A stretch of 57,095 bases of DNA, filler included, from Sphacelaria rigidula (taxonomy: Eukaryota): assembly GCA_964200075.2 (NCBI GenBank). It is 4 parts of 4 records of this genome, joined end to end, with 100 filler letters (N's around TTAATTAATTAA, not from the genome) between each part and the next. Parts side by side here need not be neighbours in the genome. Positions count along the whole stretch, not along the records: positions 1 to 14,200 come from CAXNAA020002388.1; positions 14,301 to 28,500 come from CAXNAA020002389.1; 2 more parts are not named here. One strand, written 5' to 3'. Under the pieces are notes generated by a model. That model did not search any database, was not told the DNA's origin, and saw only the letters and a list, made by a program, of their open reading frames with translations. Shown here in pieces: positions 12,937 to 25,000 of the stretch (the stretch's first letter is position 1; every line of letters starts with the position of its first letter). The position numbers and the translations under genes are program-made.

Positions 12937-13204
12937 TGTGACGCCAGCCAGAAGAACAACTGGTGGATCACTGCTGTTGAGGGCCTCCCCAGTCTTACTG
13001 GCCTCAGTTTCAGTTGTCAGCCTTCACAAGATTTCATTATCATGGAGTGATCTACCAGGCACCATCCTTCTAGACACGCCGGGTATCATCCCCGTGTCCC
13101 GGTCATGATAAAGAATCCTTCCAGAATCCTCCGGAATCCCTGTGCCCCCAGTCATTATCCAGATCATCACCACCAGCTCAACGTAACGGCGTATTTTTGT
13201 CACA
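12937..13204 (-). repeat. 5' LTR of A1
   Basis: Direct repeat of 8368-8635, followed by TSD ggac. Confidence 0.95.
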
Positions 13205-13701
13205 GGACTCAGGTGACACCGTCGATCATATATCATATCTTTGGGAAATAAGAGATTCACCAAAGTTGTTTCGAAGCCAAAAGTGGAATATTCACAGCAA
13301 CACCGGGGCAACATCCAGCTATGAATCTGTGTGTTGCCAGGAGATATGGCACGCCAACGGCACGCTGGCAAAACTTCGACGTAATGGAAAATAACAAGGT
13401 TGTACGTAGTACCACGCCTTCTTTTCACCTGCCTGCCTGGTCCGGCGAAAACCCGGCGTACTCCACTCTGGCTTTTTAGGGGTGCGAGGCTAATGGTGTA
13501 GTGACCACGGCATGCACTACAACGCGTAATACACCCCTCCTTCTCCACGGGCTGCTTTACCATTCTTGGAGGTTTCCGAGTTGTTGCTGCTGAGTCAACC
13601 TGCTACGAATGTCCTTGATGGCAGGAACACACCACGATTTCTGGGCTTCTGGAGAGGACTGAATATTCGCAATTTACACGCGCAATATCGAACATTTCGA
13701 T

Positions 13702-13916
13702 GTGTGTTGTCGTCCCATCTATTCTGGACGCCGGTCTACACCTTTCGGTATGTGTGGGCGCATCAGCCGGGGTCACACAGGAAGAAGGTCAACACAGGAG
13801 CTTCTCTTTTTTTTTTGTGTATGGCACCCCACCTTTCTTTTGCGGTGCTTGAGTTTTTTTATCGCGAGAGGGGTTCAACAGTCATTTTACCTCGTCGACC
13901 GTTGAGTCGAGTTTGT
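13702..13916 (-). mobile_element. 5'-truncated tRNA-derived SINE copy
   Basis: Reverse complement matches the 3' half of 22329-22688 (tgtgtgaccccggctgatgcgcccac...ccagaatagatgggacgacaac). Confidence 0.8.
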
Positions 13917-14200
13917 TCGAAGGGGTCTGGTTTTTCGATCACGTTTCGAAGACCATCTTGTATGTATATGGCAACCAATCCGTATTTACAATTTTCGAAC
14001 AAATATGAGCATTTCAGCCCCTTTACAGGCGATTTTCTCCCGTGGATTGATTTTTCGGACCCCAGTGCGTTGAGCAATGTTTTTCGACTCCAGCAGCTTG
14101 AGGAAACCAGATCAATTCCCCGATTCTCTGAATAACAACAAATTGTGAGAATTGAGGTTTAACTTCGAGATGAGGCTCAAGCCTAAAACAGTGCTTTCCC

Positions 14201-14300
14201 NNNNNNNNNNNNNNNNNNNNNNNNNNNNNNNNNNNNNNNNNNNNTTAATTAATTAANNNNNNNNNNNNNNNNNNNNNNNNNNNNNNNNNNNNNNNNNNNN
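14201..14300. other. Assembly gap with TTAATTAATTAA spacer
   Basis: 100-bp N run with central six-frame-stop linker. Confidence 0.98.
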
Positions 14301-14670
14301 CGTTTAGACGCCAGACACGTCGTTCCTGACCAGCCTCTTGGTCGTTCTGGAGGCCCGGTCTCAAAAGGGTTAATAGTGTTGTGAAAAAACGCTATTTTGA
14401 ACCCCGACTCACTCACGTCATGTCAGAGGTCACCTGTGGGAGGTGTCTGCGCCTCAGGGTTTTTGTCTGGCTCGGGCTTCAGTCGGCACGCTAAATCTTG
14501 AGCGCTTTTCAGAACCGTCTCATGTCACGATATTCATTACGCATAGCAGGTATTGCACCGCCTGTTGTGTTTCGCGCGTGATAGGCGTAGAGCGTGCACT
14601 CCATCGGCCTCAATGTAGCGATGTAGCCAGCAGTCATGGTTCATAATGCAGTGACAGATGAGTGATCCCG

Positions 14671-14910
14671 CGATGACGCCCCCCCCCTAAAAAAAAAAAA
14701 AAAGTGACTGATTTGAGGTGGCAATATATGCATGCGAATCAAAATGACGAGTTCCAAGCACACTAAGCAGCTCGAAACTCCCATGCTCGGGATTGTTTTG
14801 GCCAGTGTCGCCCATGTGAGGCGTTTCATTCAGTCTAAAATCAGTTATCATGCGCTGTGTGGCCATTTCTTCGTGGCAATTTTGGGCTGGTCTTGGGGGC
14901 GGCAATCGGG
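14671..14910. mobile_element. Diverged copy of the 36393-36643 MITE family
   Basis: Shares ...gccagtgtcgcccatgtgaggcgtttcat...tggccatttcttcgtg...ttttgggctgg with 36393-36643. Confidence 0.6.
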
Positions 14911-15939
14911 GCAACACTCACATTACAATAACCGGCACTACGGCATCGTATACTTCGCATCTCTCTGTTTTTTATGTATTCTGATTGAAACTCGACGCCC
15001 GTATGGACGTCAGACTTGAAAAAGGCCGTGAGTCCATCCAAGGGCATCCAAGGGCCCTATCTGCGGCACCACATGTGCTTTACTAGATTTTGTTTTTGTT
15101 TCTCATCGGAGCTCTTCGAACAGGTTGGAAATTGTCTACCTCCAGGCTGCTTGTGATGATGCACCACATGGAGCACAGCAAACGTGTACTCTTCCCCATT
15201 CCCCAAAAGTTATTGTAAGACAGTCTTGCATCAGGTGGATTTGAGCCATACTGAAACGAAGTAGACGTAGTTGTTCACCATTCCAGGTGAACTCAGGTAG
15301 GTTAATCCCACACCAAACCCTCGTGATTATATGGGGATTGGGGAAAAGTACATATAAAGCAGTCATCATCAAACACTGAGTAAGCGTGATTTTTGTGCCC
15401 TACACAGGACGCTGTGGAAGCTCATAGCCCCTGCACACCACTACAATATGGAGTAGGCGCAAAAATAGCTGGGTTTTGAGCGAACTGTACATAAGCAATA
15501 CCTTCCTGAAGACAACGTCCGATTGTGCGTATAATGGAGGAGCAACAGGTATCCCTTTTCTGCTGGTAAAGCTCTGGGTTATCGAAGGCCTCTGAAGGGC
15601 AGGGAGGGGGAAGTGCTGAGGCCGCGCTTCGTAGGGGCTCTTAGTTCGCTCCTATTTTCCAGGCATATTCGATTATGGGTCTGTGGGGAATGAGCTCCTA
15701 CTCCTTGACCGACCGGACCCCTATTGAATGGTCAGTGTACGTTCTATAGGGTTAGTCGAAACCTTTTTGTCGGTTGAGAAACGACGATAAAGAAAGGACC
15801 GTTACGTGACGCCACGATAGGGGTGCACACTTTTGTTCTCTACTTTGAATTGTCAGGAGCCCTTCATCTCATCCCAAAATGACTCATGACAAATGTGAGA
15901 GTTCAACACGAGTAGGTATATCTCGAGTGAATTCCAATA

Positions 15940-16045
15940 AGGGAATGTCGTGACCCATATTTTTGTGTAGATCCTAACCTCAGGATCCCCTCGAAGAGGA
16001 ACGTCTGGGCCCGTATGTGCAACCCTTACCGTGACATGGCAACTT
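15940..16045 (-). repeat. Dispersed repeat (also 27945-28060 + and 37330-37400 +)
   Basis: Shared core catgccacggta.gg.ttgcaca..tgggcccag. Confidence 0.6.
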
Positions 16046-16418
16046 CGCCACTCAGATGCGGCATTTCATGAGTATTCGTAGCTCATTGGCAGTCACAGTC
16101 GTCGCCGTAAAGCAAATGCAAATGCGGGTGACCGCACCAGCAGTGCATGTAGTCAGTCAAGCGTGTGGGATGATTCCGGCACAAAGGGTATTATGCTGCT
16201 CGAACACGAAAAACGCGCATCCGCCTGAATCGCACGAGTTGCTCGAACCTCAATCTCCAGGCACCCAAGTCGCTCGCCAAACTAAGCAAGTATTGCCTCG
16301 TGCCGGACTTTTTTTGGCGTCGTGTTGTTTCAATCGTGACGACAAGGCACCCGTAAGGCTTGACTTCCGCGCTGGTTGGCGAAGTGTGTCGGGCATGTGT
16401 GCTGAGCATTGGAGGGAC

Positions 16419-16646
16419 GGGACAGATGTAACGTAACGTGATGTAACATGTGGACCTTGAAGCAGTGTCTCTTGGTGTTTTCCATATTTTAAAAAAGGCA
16501 GTTTTTGTGAATTTTTAACGTGACAGGGGACACGTTACATATTCACGAAAACAAGCAGAGTTTTCGTCACATTTGGAAAGCAACACGCAATGTTGGGAGT
16601 CATGCGAAAGACCACACGTTACATCACGTTACGTTACATATGTCCC
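16419..16646. mobile_element. Foldback MITE with (gtaac)n-rich arms
   Basis: gggacagatgtaacgtaacgtgatgtaacatgtgg / ccacacgttacatcacgttacgttacatatgtccc. Confidence 0.7.
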
Positions 16647-18314
16647 ACACAAAAATCAAATCTTACGTAGCGTCAAATGACTCAAAGTTGAGTATTTTCG
16701 AATGTGTCACGTTAAAACGTCACGTGTCATGTATCCCTCCCTGGTATTTTGCTGCCGCAAGATATGACCGTTACCTTAAGATCTTCCTGCGAGAGTGAAA
16801 ATGCGGAAATATTGAGATCCTGTGAAGCATCCAAAACGCCCCGCAAATGACCCTTGTTGGCGGTGTGTTGGACAGTGATTGCCACAACGTACACCAGGGC
16901 CTTCGTGGTGAGGAGAAGAATGTAATAGTAGGCACGTGAGATCGAAAATTTCGCCAAGTGCGAAGAAAGGGAAAAGTTGAAGCAGAATTTCAACGATAAG
17001 CTCAAATTAAGTGTAAACAAATATTTTTCTTCCGCGTTTCCGCTCCCAGTCAAAACTGACCTTCATGACAGCTGGAAAAGTTTTGATGTATATTAATCCG
17101 GCAGGGTTCCCGACGTGACTCGAAATAGCGGAGTGCACTCTCTCTGGCAATTGCGGCACGTATTTTCGTCCGCTATAATGGGATACCGTTCGAGCGGCGA
17201 ATGAAGGAAAAGTATACCCTGGCCTTGTTCAAGCGTGTGAAAAGAAGGTAAAGGTGCTTGAGGTGACCACTACCATACCCTACGATGGCAAAATAACAAG
17301 CTATTCAATGTCCTGACCGCTGCCCGACATATGTGGAGCCTTGTATGTGAATGTATGAACGGTTATATATCCATCACCGATCACACCCACCCTGCCAGTA
17401 AATGATACCGGCGTTCACTGGGTCCGTATCTACCCATAACTACCGACTCGCCCTGTACACATGATACGTGCAGGCTGGTCCCAAGACAAGCACAAGAAGT
17501 TGACCAAAGCGCCCCCCTCCTCGGATAACGCCTTGAAGCAGGCTTCAAGTGGAAAGTCTTACCCCCTCCCGCCCCCTCCAGTTTTGACGTTATGAAAAGT
17601 GACGTATGCTGCTATACATGCACGAACAACCGACCGTATTGAGTTTCGGTCTAAATGTGTGCTGGTGGTCATTATTCAATCTACTGCATGTTGATGTAGT
17701 GACTCGACCCCAGAGATGAGACATGAAGAAGAAGCCCAAATACTTTGCACGCTTGTGCGTCCCATGCGTACAACATTACGCAGAGATTTCAGGTCAGGTA
17801 TCCGAACATAAGGGGGGAGGGGGGCGACCGATTTAAATCCAAAGCTTGGTTTCGTAGCAAGTTCCACACTTGTGCCAGCGTCTAACGGGCAAGTCTAAGC
17901 GACTGTTCATCTCAAGGTGGCGGACACCCGGACAGGTTTCCGAACCCTGCCAGTGCTTGCAGGATCCCTTGTGTGTGCGGTACACCAACTAGACTACAAA
18001 AAGTAAGAAAATTGCGCGCCCTGTATCTGACGGGTCTTGAGTTATGACATGCATGTGCATCTTTCTATCACCAAGATTCGGGCCACGATGTGTGTCCGTC
18101 CGGTTCCGAAGGTCATGTGGGTGTGTTACGCCGTACTATACCTAGTGTATCGACTGTAGCGGTGACGAAGTACTGTATCACGCTTCTTGCTAGCACCGCC
18201 TTGTACACCCTTTCTTTCCACTGATTACACTGTTGTAGCGCTGTATTCGCATCAGCTGCATGTACCGTAACTTGTGGTCCTCTGTTCGTCTGCAACATCA
18301 CGTTCCCTCACCAG

Positions 18315-21237
18315 GCGGGGAAGATGCTTACTTCATTTTGGACCAAGACCTCGGCGTCTTCGATGGGGTGGGTGCATGGGCTGCGAAGGGCCATGACCCA
18401 GGCGTCTTTACAAGGGGTTTCGCCGCAGCTGTTGCAGGTGTGGGGCTGTGATGTACGCGGCTTGCAGTCCATTACAATGCAGTAAAAGTATGTGACGGTA
18501 CTGCTCGGAGTATCTGATAGCATTGTAAGGGAGACCCTGTTTCCCATGTGTTTTGTCGCGCGATCTACACCCAGATTCCGATTGTTGTTCAAGTATAGAT
18601 GCCTAGCGCCCAAGATCATGCAACTATTTGGTTACACGAACTTTTAGTGTGCGTCCACAGTACATCTGTCATGCATGAATGCATTGTGTCCACGTCGTAT
18701 GCAGATTGAGTTTTTCATTGTACATTTCGGTAGCCCACTTGTACGCGGGAGAGCTTTACGCAGCGAAGTCTTGGCACCTGCGTAGCGTTGAAAGCAAGAC
18801 GGAGCCTGGCAACGAATGTACCAACGTTGAGCATACATCTTGCAGCCCAGCTGCACATTTTAGCAGCGGCTGTTTGCTACAGAGTGTACTAGCAGCTGAT
18901 GAAGGTGAAAAGTGCCCAAAAGCTTCGCTCATGGATTCTGCTCGAGGGTCAGCTAGCTCGCTTCAATAATTACTTTTTTGTCTTCGCGGCGCTTTCATGA
19001 CTCCTCGGTATATACCTCGCATCGTCCGCAGCGAATATAACGGCCCAGCGATTAGAAGAAACTGTTGCCCTTAGACGAGCTCGGGACGAAGGCAAAGATA
19101 TCTCGACCCAGCTCCGAATATCACAAGGCGTTGACCTACAGCAGGCTTTGGAGCATGGCGTAGAAAAGGCTCCAGGACTGGGTACCTGTACGGCGTGCGT
19201 GGTGAGCTCGACACCGCAGACCTGGTATCTCCCAATGCTTGGTCGTCCTGTTATACTGACCCGCCCCGCTACTTTGTCGCAAGAAACGGTTGACAATACG
19301 CCAAGACCCTAGAGCCAACCCCAAGCCTGAGCAGACCGTAGACATGCGTTCGTCAAGTATCTGAAGCTATGATTATAGATGACGTCTACTGATGTAAATA
19401 CCCCTCATCATGTCTCGAAGAGGTCTTGTGTTCGTTCGACGACGCTACCAGCACGCTTCGATGTGAACATCACGGTGGGGTAGATATGTGAACGAAGGAC
19501 ACTTATATTATGATCGGGAAATAGGAAAAGCAGCGTTCTGTTATGCTATTTCAATTTTTGTTCATGAAGCAGACGGATTGACCTCTCAACGAATGACCGC
19601 TCACTAGTTGAAAACGACATGTCCGCTTGTGGAAAAAAATATGTGGGGTTTGAGCCCCGGCATGATCGATTATTGTTGGAATCTGGACCGTAAACGGATA
19701 TGCTTGCGAGGGCTGGGCGTCCGAGATCTGTGGCGTGTCCATGGCGGGATTGTTCCGGACCCGGTCTATTTTATCTCTAAAGCGGGCGTTTTAGCCTCCG
19801 AAGCAGTGAAATCTATTGCTTCAGAGGTCTGATTCCCGCTTTAGGAGCTAATGACAAAAAACGCACAAATGCAGAACGAACAACTCGGCCTGGATTAATC
19901 TTTCTTGGCGGTACGCCTTGCAGGTGACATTCGACCCCGCGTACGGAATGCTAAACGGGGCCAATATCGGCGACTCTGGTGCTCTTCTAATCCGGAGGTA
20001 TGTCGGCTATCGTAGGTTGTTGTGACATGTACTCGCACAAAGGGAAGTCTGCACCAGATGATGCGTCGAAGAACTACCCGCATCCATCACGGCACGTCCA
20101 CATCGTCGGCTGCTTCTGTGTCAACACTGTGTGCAAGCTGCCCACAAAGTACACATACGCATGAGCTAATATTTTCGCATGTTCACTTTGGGGGGAGCTA
20201 CGGTCTGCGGTTGAAGCAATGCCAAGATAGCATGACGTCAGGTCCACACCTGCCGGTCATCTATACCCTGAGTTTTATGAAGTCGCTGACCCGTGTCTTG
20301 CATTGTCGTGTGCCCAACCCTTGGCCTGTCAGGGACGTGAGGGGCACCCCGTTTGTTGCCTTGAGGTCAGCCGCACAGAGACATACGTTTAATTTGCCTT
20401 ATCAGCTGGGCACGGGAAGCAGGGACAGAGCATCGGACGCCCAGAACTTCTTGTTTTATGTCAGGTAAGTACCGAGTCCTGTAGCCGGTTGGTCGACCAC
20501 GAGCGTTGGGGGTACTCGGCCTTTTGCGTTGTTGCGCGCATCAACGGCCTCGAAATATCTTGACAACTATATACAGCGGACCCCTTCCTTTTTCTCTCGA
20601 CGGATATTCCTTCCGTGCTTGTACTCTCAGAGATGGGGACGTGGTGATCTTGGCCACCGACGGACTCCTGGACAACATGTACGAGTCGGATATCGTAAAG
20701 TGCATCTCGGAGGTGCGTGGTGAAGCGACGCCGGACACTCGTGCACAGGTTTCGAAACCTCCGTCTGCAGCGGAATTGGCTGGCGCTTTGGCCCGCCGCG
20801 CGTTTGACCTCTCGCGTGATAAGGAACGCGTCACTCCTTGGGAAAATGAAGCAGTGGCGGCTGGAGTTATACCGGCAAGGAAAAAGGCGGAAGCGGAAGA
20901 AGACCACCCGCCAGAGTGGGGATGGAATGTCGGTCAGTGGGGTTCATTGTTGGAGCGATCTTTCTCTTCTGGATTAGCCGGCATTCGAGGGTTTAATGGT
21001 GACGGCGAAGATACAAAAGATCCAGGGAGGGACCGGTTTGCGAAGATGTCTGAAAGCCAAATGGCTGCCTTCCGAGGGGGGAAGACGGACGATATAACGG
21101 TTGTCGTCGCTGTAGTGGGGAGGGTAAGACGAAATCGCAAGCGACCAGTCGAACGAGATTTATTGGCTGACTCCACTCGTGACGAGGCTATCACGACAAG
21201 TGAGTCGAGTGCTCACGCTAGCGCTGACACTCGATGA
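18315..21237 (+). CDS. PP2C/PPM-family protein phosphatase, PPTC7 (PTC7)-like; 5' exon(s) not located
   Basis: Phase-compatible GT-AG exons 18315-18437, 19032-19201, 19924-19997, 20333-20464, 20631-21237. Motifs in the expected order: GGEDA, GVFDGVGAW, GTCTACV, ANIGDSG, QRHTFNLPYQLG, GDVVILATDGLLDN, GGKTDDITVVVA. Confidence 0.92.
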
Positions 21238-22050
21238 CATGGTGGTGGTAACCTATTCTGCCAATAGTTGGGTGTCTTGTTTTGAAACCAGAGCTTGTAC
21301 GTATTTTATTCGAACAATGGACATTAATAGGGGGATGGGGTGTAAAGGTCTCGCGTGCGCGGGTGATTACCTCGGCAGAAAAGTGCTACGATTCGTATGT
21401 ACATAGGAGTACTTCCCTCGGACATTTTGATCCAAAAACGAAAACAGAGCACGAAAAAACGTTGTACAAAGTGGTGTGTCAAGGTGTCGTTGCGATCCTA
21501 TCCTTATGCTCCGCACTCCCATGTCTTGGCTTGGTATCGATGCTTGATCGGCTGGCTACGTAAATAATGCAGAGCCGAGTGGGAAAGGAAGCGGGAGCTG
21601 AGTCTGTGCTAGTGATTGGTCGTCGTGTATGAACTGATGAGCCACAAATGCAACCGTGTGCCGTACACTGATTTCCTGGTTTCGGTACAACAGTAGGTAG
21701 GCAGGCAGGTACTGTAATATAGTGCGTTTGCAGTTGGAGACGTGCAGTATGTAAAGAGATATATCAACGAACTTCAACACACTAGCTTGTGCTTTAAACG
21801 CACCCACAAGGCGATCGTGGATTTGAAACGGAAACCGTATTGTGAGCAAAATGAGGATCTTGGGCGTTTGTCCACGCCGTCGATGAATTAATTCCGTTTC
21901 CCCGCTTCCGTGGCCAAGCCGTCCTATTCTCCACCTCCTCTCAACAAGCACTATGCGAACATAGCTTCTCATGCCGGGAGAGTGCCTGTAGCAACATCAA
22001 GCATCGCTTCCTTTGCTCCGCCGTCTTCGCTGCCTTTCTCGCGCATGCCC

Positions 22051-25000
22051 TCAATTGCTCGCGCGACGACTCGAGTCCACTCCTTGCCCCCGTCGATCCT
22101 CTTTACTACGTTGATTCACACTCCTCTCCACGTCGTCGCTGCTGTCTGAGTCTGAAAGATCGAGCAAGGCGTTACGTAGCCGCTGGCAACGCTTTCCTTG
22201 CCGGGCGGTGGCCCTTTCCACGCAGTTGATTGCCTTGTCACCTAGCTGTTGGAACCACAGCAGCACAACAAACTTTGTGGTTGACTCATCTTTCGACGTT
22301 AAAACCGATGAGAAATATTCAGTATCGTGTCCCCGGTGGCTCAGTTGGTGGCCTCCAAACTTTCTGACGGTTGGATCGTGGGTTCGAATCTCGAAGCAAT
22401 GCGGGATTTTTCTTCACACAATGCCCAACAGTGGAGAGCGACTATGTCGCGGGTGCACAAAATTCGACGTAATGGTCGACGAGTCAAATAAGGGTCCGCT
22501 GAACCCCTCTCGCGATGCAGAGGAAAGGCAAGCACCGCAGGAGGAACGTGGAGAATAAAAGCAAGACAAAAAAGGGAAAACACGTGAGTTGGCTTCCCTA
22601 CTGTGTGACCCTGGCTGTTGCGCCCACATATACCAAAAGGTGAGGATCGGCGTCCAGAATAAATGGGACGGCAACAACAACAACAACACGGATTATGATT
22701 ACTGAATCAAAAGACGGCACTAAGATCGACGCATTGCCAATGTTAGGATAACTTGAACAATAAATCCCCTCCGCAAGCTACTGGCTGAAAGGGTTACAGA
22801 GGTGAGCACTTGAAACGTGAATAAACGGGCGATAGGATGATCCTCAGAAGTTTTGACTTGATGCAATAAAAACACTGACACTGCACGAGTGAGGCGTCAA
22901 CTTTTTCGCCGTATCCTCTTGTATTAACGAAGCTCATTCAAGATATCGAACTTCAAATCCCGTGTCCTCATAACAGGAGTAGTCCAAGGGATCAATCTGT
23001 TGTTTCTCTGCCTTGAAAAAAGTACCTACTGTACTGGTCAGTTGCCCGGTAGTTCCGTTCACAGTGTTTTAGGCGGTAGCGGACTGGTGCTTCAGACGCC
23101 CACCAACACTCCCCAACTTTTATTGATGTACCACGAGAACCACCGAGCTATCCGTGAGCTCTGACTGATAGCTCAGTAGTTGCTGTGATATCTCGATAGC
23201 AGTGGCTGGGTACAATGGTTCTTGTCACATCTTGACCAAAGCTCATGACGAGGCCCGTACAAACTGTCAAGCTCATGGATTCGATTTCACCCCAGGGCAT
23301 TTATCCCTGTAGCCGGTGTCGCTACTATATAGGGTCCATTATCCTTCTTGCCTGGCGTGTGCACCCAACCTTGGCGTGCTCCCATGCACTTCTTGCCAAA
23401 GACGATCAGCCAAGGATGATAACGAGGAAAACGAAACCCCGGGACTAATAATATTATAGCATTTCTTGAAATATCACAGTTACCATTGAGCTAAATTTCC
23501 TCGGGCCAGTCCAAGCTGTTGAGCCTATTGCCCTAGGTAAGAACAAGTACATTGAATATTACATCGTAGCAGCGCTGATCACAGAAATGTCAAATCTGGG
23601 GACGAGTCGGGAGCAGAAATCTACAGACTTGACAGCTTGGACGGTTCCCGGGATTAGCCTTTGTTTAGAGATACAGTATCAGAATAGCCACTGACCTACC
23701 AGTCAGGGCTGGCTGAGTAGCACAGGGGTTACTAAGTAGCGCAGGGGTTAGTTATTGTGAGAGATCGGAACCACCGAAGAAGTAGGCAACGCTTTTCAGC
23801 TGTTCAGCAACAACACCGATGTGCGTTGACCCAATTGTAATTTACTTTTATCCTGAGACTCCAACAACGCTCGGAGCGGCTTATGCGCGAATCGGTTTGA
23901 CACGCGGCGATACTCGCGACAAGGATTTTTTCCACACAGGCGTTGTGTCTCTACCAATAACAGCGATAACGATTGATTGGTTGATCGATTAACTAATTGG
24001 GGCACATTAAGGTTATCATTCACTGATTCACTACGATTCATAACCCAGTCAAAATCCAGTCGTAGTCACGAGATAGACATGCCCAAGGTGAATTAAACGG
24101 AAAGACTCACTCAAGGAAAATCGAGACACGGGAGAGAGGGACAAGACGAAAAGAAAGGAATCAACTAAAAAAACGGATACTACTGTGACGAGATTTTGAA
24201 AATAAATATCAAGGGAAATTAAATTCAAGGGGTATCGTTTGGCTGTTACTGCAGTTGGTACTAGTCTCTACAATAAGAGACATCAGACCACTGCGCATGG
24301 CTTCAGCTGAGGACATCATTCAAAAATCTACGTCGAAACTCCCCGAAAGCCTGGCCGATTGGCGGCGAACTGACGACTGGGCACTGGAAGCGTCACTGCA
24401 CGTATGGTGTTTTTTACAGCGAGATTACCGGGAAAGCGTGTGGGATGGGCATGCACTGACGCGTACTGACGTTAAATCTACGAAACCTCATACTACCCAT
24501 CGCATCTGTCCAAAAGGTACTGTGTAAGGCGGTCCCTGTGCAGACAGATGAGGTTGTTTCAGCGACAAGCCCTGAGAAGGGGTTTCAATACCATCATCAA
24601 GGCAAAGAGAACGGTAAAAGCGAGTTTTTGGATATACTCTTTGCGTCAAGCGGTCTTGTAAGGAGGTCAATGTCTAAAGTAAAGAAAAATCCCGATATCA
24701 GCGGAGCGTCTTTTGCGCTCACGTTATCTTTCACGCTTGGGTCACATCCGGCTTCCATAAGCAGGTAGACAACATCCAAGAACTCTCCAACGGCGGCCAG
24801 GTGAAGGGGTGTCCAACCATTGACGTGTTCCTTGGCATTCAAAGGATCACAATCGCGAACGTGATCTCCATCCGCTTCGTCCACGGTACTTTCTGTATTG
24901 AGATGAAATGTGGATCGGGTGTTTGGAAGAATTTGAGAAATTTGTTGGAAACTTGTGAATGGAAGCGCTTGGGAATAGCTGTGAGCGTGTTGAGATCTAG

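Larger units (their letters stand above)
8368..13204 (-). mobile_element. Ty3/Gypsy chromovirus-like LTR retrotransposon, copy A1, lacking the RT core
   Basis: 268-bp LTRs (8368-8635, 12937-13204), TG...CA ends, 4-bp TSD GGAC. PPT-like ctttgggggtgc precedes the 3' LTR. Domain order: gag, protease, RT start, RNase H, integrase, chromodomain. Confidence 0.95.

Noticed and set aside
14245-14256. TTAATTAATTAA palindrome recurring three times
   Set aside because: Always centred in a 100-bp N run; an artificial scaffolding spacer.
15136-15372. Possible PIF/Harbinger transposase N-terminal fragment (LLRFSMAQIHLMQDCLTI)
   Set aside because: Only vague similarity, with no catalytic motifs or clear termini; needs an HMM search.
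17129-17528. Two phase-compatible candidate exons (RSALSLAIAAR...KRVKR|RLVPRQ...LLG*) as the 5' part of the PP2C gene
   Set aside because: Ends in a stop before the PP2C exons and has no recognisable domain; may be the end of another gene or chance.
22329-22400. tRNA gene
   Set aside because: A/B boxes are present but no complete cloverleaf is evident, and it is attached to a repeated body and tail, so it is a SINE head.
22740-23450. Possible decayed retroelement pol (RIARW-like motif on the minus strand)
   Set aside because: Single short motif among many stops; not supportable by eye.
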